Assembly (NCBI RefSeq): GCF_006345805.1
Contig: NW_021825923.1
Span: forward strand, 1-14,029
Direction of reading: 5' to 3'
DNA from: Octopus sinensis
Lineage: Eukaryota
DNA: 14,029 bases
Shown here: positions 8,942 to 14,029 of the stretch, one piece after another
How the letters are laid out: each line of letters opens with the position of its first letter
Position numbering within the stretch: the stretch's first letter is position 1
Notes under the pieces: generated by a model
What the model saw: the letters and a program-made list of their open reading frames with translations, nothing else
Told to the model about the DNA's origin: nothing
Databases searched by the model: none
Translations under genes and position numbers: made by a program

Positions 8942-9437
8942 AATAGAAATAGTGTAGTTGTTAGCGCTAATAATAATAGTAACAACAATTATAACAATAA
9001 AAACTTCGTTTCGATCTCGGAGGACAACCCCAACAGAATTAAATTTGTGTCTAGTAATTCTAAGATTAAGAATTCTATTTACCAGTGTAGAATTTCTTCC
9101 GCTACCGATGTCTTCTTTTATATAGGAGCGTCCACTTCCCAGTTATCCACGAGAATTTCAAACCACTATTCAACATTCAGGGATAGTAAAGAAACGACAT
9201 AGTACAGGGCTAAGTAAATTAGTTTGGCGTCTTAAAGACAACAATATAATTTTCAAGTTAGATTGGTTCATACTGTCTGTATCCTTTCCTTTTGATAAGG
9301 GCAGGAGATTTTGTAACATTTGTAATTCTGAACTCTTCCATATTCTTTTCTCTAAGGTTCCCCTAGTAAACACACTCATAGAAAAATCATACAAACGTAA
9401 ACACTGGCAGAAACACACTTTCTACTCATATAAATGA
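8942..9437 (+). pseudogene. Penelope-type GIY-YIG endonuclease domain (ORF C-terminus), one +1 frameshift at about 9191
   Basis: ...KNSIYQCRISSATDVFFYIGASTSQLSTRISNHYSTFRDSK / KRHSTGLSKLVWRLKDNNIIFKLDWFILSVSFPFDKGRRFCNICNSELFHILFSKVPLVNTLIEKSYKRKHWQKHTFYSYK*. It shows the IY...YIG...R..NH...F, ST.LSK.VW.LK and CxxC..E..HI motifs typical of Penelope endonucleases, preceded by an Asn-rich linker. Confidence 0.92.
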
Positions 9438-9700
9438 CAACGATAGTCACTGTGGTTTGAACAATTAGCTTTACGTCCACCCCACTACTATACAGAAATT
9501 CTTTCCTAAGCCTTCGAACATTCTTTCAATCAACGTACCCTTCCCTCTCCACTTATTCCTTTATCCCTTCTCTTCCTACTATCTAACTTTGACGTCAATT
9601 CTTCTAACGGTTTTTTTTTTAAAAACACTCATTATCGCTTTGTTTACCATGTAGGCAATCATCGAAATTTTTGTTTGTCTTGTTGTCGAGAGAGGCTCCC

Positions 9701-9788
9701 TTGCTTTCCTGATAAGAAGATTGCATAATGCACCCTTTATTCCTTTGGAATGAAAACATGCTGTCTTCGAAACATATGTCGAGAGCAA
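9701..9788 (+). ncRNA. Minimal type I hammerhead ribozyme, G8A core variant (right arm)
   Basis: Stem I ttgctttc (9701-9708)/gagagcaa (9781-9788); core CUGAUAA 9709-9715 (G8 to A at 9714); stem II gaaga 9716-9720/tcttc 9764-9768; GAAA 9769-9772; ACAUAUGU palindrome; GUC with cleavage after 9780. Confidence 0.85.
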
Positions 9789-9988
9789 AGTAATTTTGTT
9801 AACATCTTCGTTCGACTCCATTCTTTCATTTATTCATATACAACACAAATTTCTACACATGAACCCGGAGTTTCTACCCTTGACAGGTCGCTTCAACCGT
9901 GTTTTCTGACGTGAATTTGCTACCCAGGTTTCGGTTAACGAATTTTCCATGCTGACGATAAACATAGGATAATTCATTCATCTACTTA

Positions 9989-9989
9989 A

Positions 9990-10060
<71 letters not shown>

Positions 10061-10220
10061 GTTATATGCGAATATATATATATATATATATAATGTGAAA
10101 TAGAAAGATGAATAATCTTGTAGTAGATTAATCAAAAGTTTAACGCACACACGTACACAAAAATGTTTTCTACCCCTACGCCAACACACACATATATAGA
10201 ACAGTATACACACACACACG
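9989..10220. repeat. (TA)n and (CA)-rich microsatellites
   Basis: Direct observation. Confidence 0.93.
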
Positions 10221-10399
10221 TCTCTAAGTAGATTTTTTCTCGCCCCTTATAAAACATCCAATATTCCTTAATAGTCAGAACTTTATTCTCGGTCACAAAG
10301 AACATCTATACACCCTCACCCACATGATTTACCGATGCCTGACCCGTTGAATTCTTCAGCCACCGGTTCTCAACATACACTGATAAACAGTTTCGCCAT

Positions 10400-10630
10400 G
10401 GGCTCTTAGGAGCATAGTTCGATTTGTTTTTGTTTTTGCTCCGCCTCTGTTCTGTTTTTGTTTTTCCAACGGATTTCCTTTTTTCTTCCTGAAGAGAAAG
10501 ACACAATATGGTCCCATTATTCAATCGGATTTTGGTAATTTGTGCCTTTCGAAACACGTGTAGAATGAAATAAAACGATTTCTGTTCAATCTGCGTTCAG
10601 CTCCATTTCTTCAATTCACCAATAATGTTT
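10400..10630 (+). mobile_element. 3' end (pLTR relic) of a second Penelope-like family
   Basis: Contains the hammerhead above. The downstream atctgcgttcagctccatttcttcaatt resembles atcttcgttcgactccattctttcattt at the 3' end of 8801-9840. It ends against a (TA)n tract. The 5' boundary is uncertain. Confidence 0.68.
10481..10570 (+). ncRNA. Minimal type I hammerhead ribozyme with intact catalytic core
   Basis: Stem I ttttcttc (10481-10488)/gaatgaaa (10563-10570), with 1 mismatch and 1 G-U. CUGAAGA 10489-10495. Stem II gaaagacaca/tgtgcctttc, 9 of 10 paired. GAAA 10551-10554. Palindromic ACACGUGU. GUA with cleavage after 10562. Confidence 0.82.
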
Positions 10631-10937
10631 TATATATATATATATATATATACTTACAGATACACAAATACACGCTCGTTTGCACACATACCCCATCCTC
10701 GCATGCACATACGTATATATGTATCAAAGAATGTATGCCTAAGTATCGCATTTGCGTGTGTGTGAGTGGCTGGCTCGTGTATGCGTATGTGAAAGATAGT
10801 GTGTGTGTATGGGGGCGGTGTTTGCGCGTGTGCGTGTGTATGCATGTTCGTGTGTATGTGCGCTTGCTCGCGCACGCGTGTGTGTGTATGCATGCATCTG
10901 TATGAGTATGTGTTTTGCTTGAGCGTTGATCGGATTA

Positions 10938-11066
10938 TGAGGTCAAGTAATCACGTGACAGCAGAACCCGGTGGTACGTAGAGCGGGTGGGGGATGGAGC
11001 GGATGGGGGACGGTACGTGGAGGAGCGGGGGTGGTACGTGAAGTAGGCTGATGGTGGTATTTAAAG
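10938..11066 (+). promoter_or_regulatory. Possible promoter-like motif cluster
   Basis: AGGTCA 10940-10945, TCACGTGA 10951-10958, GGTACGT at 10973, 11012 and 11033, TATTTAAA 11058-11065, all in G-rich CpG-containing DNA. Motif matches only. Confidence 0.25.
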
Positions 11067-11109
11067 AGTTGAGAGGTTATTATCTTTGATAAATTTGACA
11101 ACAGCATGA

Positions 11110-11538
11110 CACAATGGAGGAAGCACCTGCTTCGGCGAGATCCCACCACCACCGCCATCACCACCACCACCACCGCCGCCGCCACCACCACCACCACCAC
11201 CATCACTAATGTCCATCGTTACTCTTGACGCCTCATTGCAGCAGCAGCAGCTGCGGCAACGCCGCCTCCATTACAACCACCATCACAGGCCTCAGTGGCC
11301 CAGTCCATTCACACCACAATCATCTCCTCCAACACCATTTACAACACCACCACAGCCCCTCCCAACGTTATCACTGCCGCTGCCACTGACGTCGACTCCC
11401 TTACCTAACTGCGCTTTCGTCACATCGTACCACAACCACAAACATCGCACAGATGTGGAAGCCTTTATGCGGTCCGTCGATCTGCTAGTAATAAGTCTAT
11501 TCACCTTTAAATTGGACCATACCGCTTTAAGAGCCTAA
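11110..11538 (+). other. GC-rich low-complexity island with (CAC/CCG)n and (CAG)n repeats; stop-free for 142 codons in one frame (poly-Pro, Gln, His-rich)
   Basis: The frame is open 11110-11535 with an ATG at 11209. No recognisable domain or convincing splice sites, so coding status is unresolved. Confidence 0.3.
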
Positions 11539-11846
11539 TCACGTAGGGTATACTGTGGAGACAGTTCTGTCAGTGTAGTTCTAGTCTTACTCAATTAGGC
11601 TGTTTGGAGCGAAATGCTTTTCACAATCTCCCTCCTATGCACCAACGTTCTTTCCACATGCCATCACCTCCAATAATGGAACACTGCAACACAAATCTCT
11701 TGCACTCAAGCGTCATCCAGATGCACTCTAGATCCCTTGCGCCGAATATGCCCTGACTCTATGAACAGAACCCTCAGAAACATCGTCCAATAGAGTCATG
11801 TTGATGTCGCCACCCTCAACATTACAAATATACAAATATCACGACA

Positions 11847-12055
11847 TATAATCCTTTCTACTAGGTCTGAAATTTGAAGGGAGGGGCTAGTCGATTACAT
11901 CGTCCCCCAGTGTTTAACTGGTACTTATTTTCTCGACCCTGAAAGGATGAATGACAAAGTCGACCTCAGTGGAATTTGAACTCAGAACGTAGCGATGGGC
12001 AAAATACTGCTAAGCATTTCGTCCAGCGTGCTAACGATTCTGCCAGGTCACCGCC
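11847..12055 (-). mobile_element. tRNA-derived SINE with Nin/Deu-like domain
   Basis: Minus strand: ggcggtgacctggcagaatcgttagc head, gagttcaaattcc B-box, then ttcatcctttcagggtcgagaaaataagtaccag, which I recognise as Deu/Nin-domain-like (from memory, not a search result). Confidence 0.85.
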
Positions 12056-12074
12056 TTCATTGCGAGATATAATA

Positions 12075-12612
12075 TTGTTGGCATCCTTTTGTCTCGGGAG
12101 ACAATGGAGCTGCACATAAACTAATCCAGTCTGGTTCTTACATTTCAAGTCATTTACATCTCCTGCTGTGGATGTGTAGTCCTATCCTCGACAAACACTC
12201 CCTCTGGCAGGTGATGCAGATGTAGCTGCCACTTTTTACAGCAGCACTGAAGTGACCTCTCCAGTTTTGCACAGGTCTGGGCTAGATGTAAGAAAATCCT
12301 GGGTAGCCCAATCGTCAGGATTCCTCTCTCGACCTTGCTGACGTAGTCCAAAGGAGTGCAGAGTATTACGTTTGGCACCAGCTTGGTTGCAGGAGCTGCC
12401 GGAAGAGTGTCGAGTCGAACACTAAACCGCCTACGGGGCTCCACTACGGATTTCTTTGAAGGTTGTCTCCTTTCCATAACCCTGGATAGGGGCCCATACC
12501 GGGTACTGTCAGCCGGAGCCAGCTGAGCCCGTAACTCGTGTCAGGCAGGGTCGTCACTCCCTGAAGTAGTGAATAAAATCGCTACCCACTACCTTTTTGC
12601 GAGATATAAGAT
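12075..12612 (-). mobile_element. Non-autonomous bipartite RTE-derived retroelement flanked by a 16-bp TSD
   Basis: attgcgagatataata occurs identically at 12059-12074 and 12613-12628. The minus-strand 3' end is ccattgtctcccgagacaaaaggatgccaacaa, an RTE-like stem-loop plus short CAA tail. The body resembles RTE 5' leader sequence as I recall it. Confidence 0.75.
12154..12477 (-). CDS. Intact 107-aa ORF within the RTE-derived element (putative RTE upstream/ORF1-like peptide)
   Basis: ATG-initiated, non-repetitive, uninterrupted ORF lying wholly inside the TSD-flanked unit. No RT or endonuclease motifs. Confidence 0.4.
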   Translation of the reverse strand: MERRQPSKKSVVEPRRRFSVRLDTLPAAPATKLVPNVILCTPLDYVSKVERGILTIGLPRIFLHLAQTCAKLERSLQCCCKKWQLHLHHLPEGVFVEDRTTHPQQEM

Positions 12613-13323
12613 ATTGCGAGATATAATAAGAAATCATTACTTTGCCTCCTTCCTTTGCATATTTATTCTTAATACGTTCTGGCAAATTCAAACAAAATAT
12701 ACTAGTCGCTGCTGTGTATGTCACAGGAGAGCAACTGACTTTTACGATGACTGTGTTCATAACACACTCGGCACAGTCGTGCGTAAGAGATTCTGAGACA
12801 CTGGTATCTCGTTAGCCAGAAGCACACAGACCTTTGAGCCTAAAAAAACCACTGGCTTTGTTTAAAATTTCAGCAAATGAAACTGTTTGCTGATCAGTGC
12901 TTATATCGGCCAATCAACAGAAATCGTTATTTGCACTGCGTACAGTTCACCCGACTAAACACGAACAACTTGTTACTATAACATTCACGATTGTTAGCCT
13001 TCATCATAACCGACGATCGTTCTTCTCGAATGCATTCTCTTCAAGACCATAAATTTTTTCCGTACTTATCAAATATTGAGCAGCGATAATGTTTACGTAT
13101 GATCCACCATTGAGTAATGGTCCTATAGTTAAGGCAATGCAGCTGCTATATTAATTCATCTTTCCACCTCTCCTCATTCAAAATGTGTTCAGGTCCTCAG
13201 GTGTTCCACTAAGATCATTTCCTGCTTGTTGCTCCCTTGGAATGTCTGCCATCCGGAATGTCACACCTGCCCATAATTTGCATATAGCCGCTGAATAGAG
13301 GCCATTCAATTGGAAAGCAGTTA

Positions 13324-13530
13324 CGATGGATCCTGAAAAGTTCCTGGTTTCGAGTAAAAGAAAATACAGGAGGATCAGTTAATTATGATTTTATTCAACA
13401 TATTCCCCTCTCGGATTCACCCACTCATTACAGTGGTCCTTCAGTTCTTGTAAAATAACTCGGAAGATTGGGCCTCCAACCAGGATTTTCATGATGCCCT
13501 TAAAGCCAGAAACTTTTCAGCCCCTTCTTG
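13324..13530. mobile_element. Mariner-type MITE (207 bp)
   Basis: Imperfect TIRs: cgatggatcctgaaaagttcctggttt vs the reverse complement caagaaggggctgaaaagtttctggcttt, sharing ctgaaaagttYctggYttt. TA at 13322-13323 and 13531-13532. Internal ttattcaacatattcccct resembles mariner subterminal sequence. Confidence 0.8.
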
Positions 13531-13589
13531 TAACCTTAGTGTTACAGTTCCTGCAAAGGCCATGGACACAGCAGCTTCCTCTATACCAA

Positions 13590-13742
13590 ATCACACACAC
13601 ACACACACACAAATGAAATAAAATAAAACATCACACAAAGATGCCCAACCGCATTCGAAATTTACACTAAACACAAAGACTTCTTACATACATACGCACA
13701 TAGTGATAGGTAGTTAGCCACCGAGACAGACAGAAAGACATG

Positions 13743-13812
<70 letters not shown>

Positions 13813-13915
13813 CATGTTGCCAAATTTGCTAAGATAGACATAGAATTCGAAAGCATGCATACGCGTGTGTGTGTGTGTGTTTGTGTATGTGTGTGTTTGT
13901 GTGTGTGTGTGTCTG
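13590..13915. repeat. (CA)n, (GATA)n and (TG)n microsatellites
   Basis: (CA)n about 13592-13611, (GATA)n about 13744-13812, (TG)n about 13865-13912. Confidence 0.96.
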
Positions 13916-14029
13916 TTACACAGCTTGGGATCGACATAGAGCGACTCACTTCCTTTGTTATCTTACCTGTCTTTAAAGATGACCATAGCCCTGTCAACTA
14001 AATCCACTTGATATGTTTTATGGCGATAC

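Larger units (their letters stand above)
8801..9840 (+). mobile_element. 5'-truncated Penelope-like retroelement with inverted pseudo-LTRs
   Basis: 8801-8940 is the reverse complement of 9701-9840 (140 bp, 5 mismatches). The interior encodes a GIY-YIG endonuclease remnant and both arms contain a hammerhead fold. An inverted pLTR plus GIY-YIG plus hammerhead is the established Penelope-like signature. Confidence 0.93.

Noticed and set aside
9579-9821. Minus-strand ORFs 9579-9821 and 9170-9418
   Set aside because: They are antisense to the Penelope 3' UTR and GIY-YIG frame and have no independent motif.
8801-9840. Interpretation as a DNA transposon or MITE with 140-bp TIRs and a TA/TATA TSD
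   Set aside because: The interior is a Penelope-type GIY-YIG domain and the arms contain hammerheads. The TATA flanks can be explained by the adjacent microsatellite.
9949-9990. CTGACGA hammerhead-like core; similar partial cores at about 5257 (-) and 13195 (-)
   Set aside because: No stem II closed directly by GAAA and no matching stem I or cleavage triplet.
10494-10560. Possible plus-strand mini-exon RKTQYGPIIQSDF resembling galactosyltransferase YGDIIQxDF
   Set aside because: The same bases form a complete hammerhead with paired stems, which is the better explanation. The peptide match is too short.
11545-11830. Possible decayed LINE RT fragment on the minus strand
   Set aside because: No frame gave a convincing run of RT motifs.
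12480-12596. HDV-like ribozyme expected at the 5' end of RTE elements
   Set aside because: A gtagtg/cactac hairpin is present on the minus strand, but I could not build the nested P1/P2/P3/P1.1 double pseudoknot by eye. An RNArobo or Infernal search would be needed.

Overview
Eukaryotic, AT-rich, microsatellite-dense DNA, most likely intronic or intergenic. The repeat families resemble those I recall from Octopus/coleoid cephalopods; that assignment is an inference. No host protein-coding gene can be identified with confidence, and almost all listed ORFs are microsatellite artefacts. The window is a mosaic of mobile elements: at least eight tRNA-derived SINE copies or fragments with mix-and-match head and tail modules, two RTE-clade LINE C-terminal fragments (one with three decayed C2H2 fingers), a Tc1 transposase remnant, two TA-flanked Tc1/mariner MITEs, and a TSD-flanked bipartite RTE-derived element with an intact 107-aa ORF. 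The most notable feature is a 1,040-bp Penelope-like element (8801-9840). It has a GIY-YIG endonuclease remnant between 140-bp inverted pseudo-LTR arms, and each arm carries a minimal type I hammerhead ribozyme with a different catalytic G mutated. A second, core-intact hammerhead from a related Penelope 3' end lies at 10481-10570. A GC-rich promoter-like/low-complexity island (10938-11538) and a few possible minus-strand exons are low-confidence candidates.
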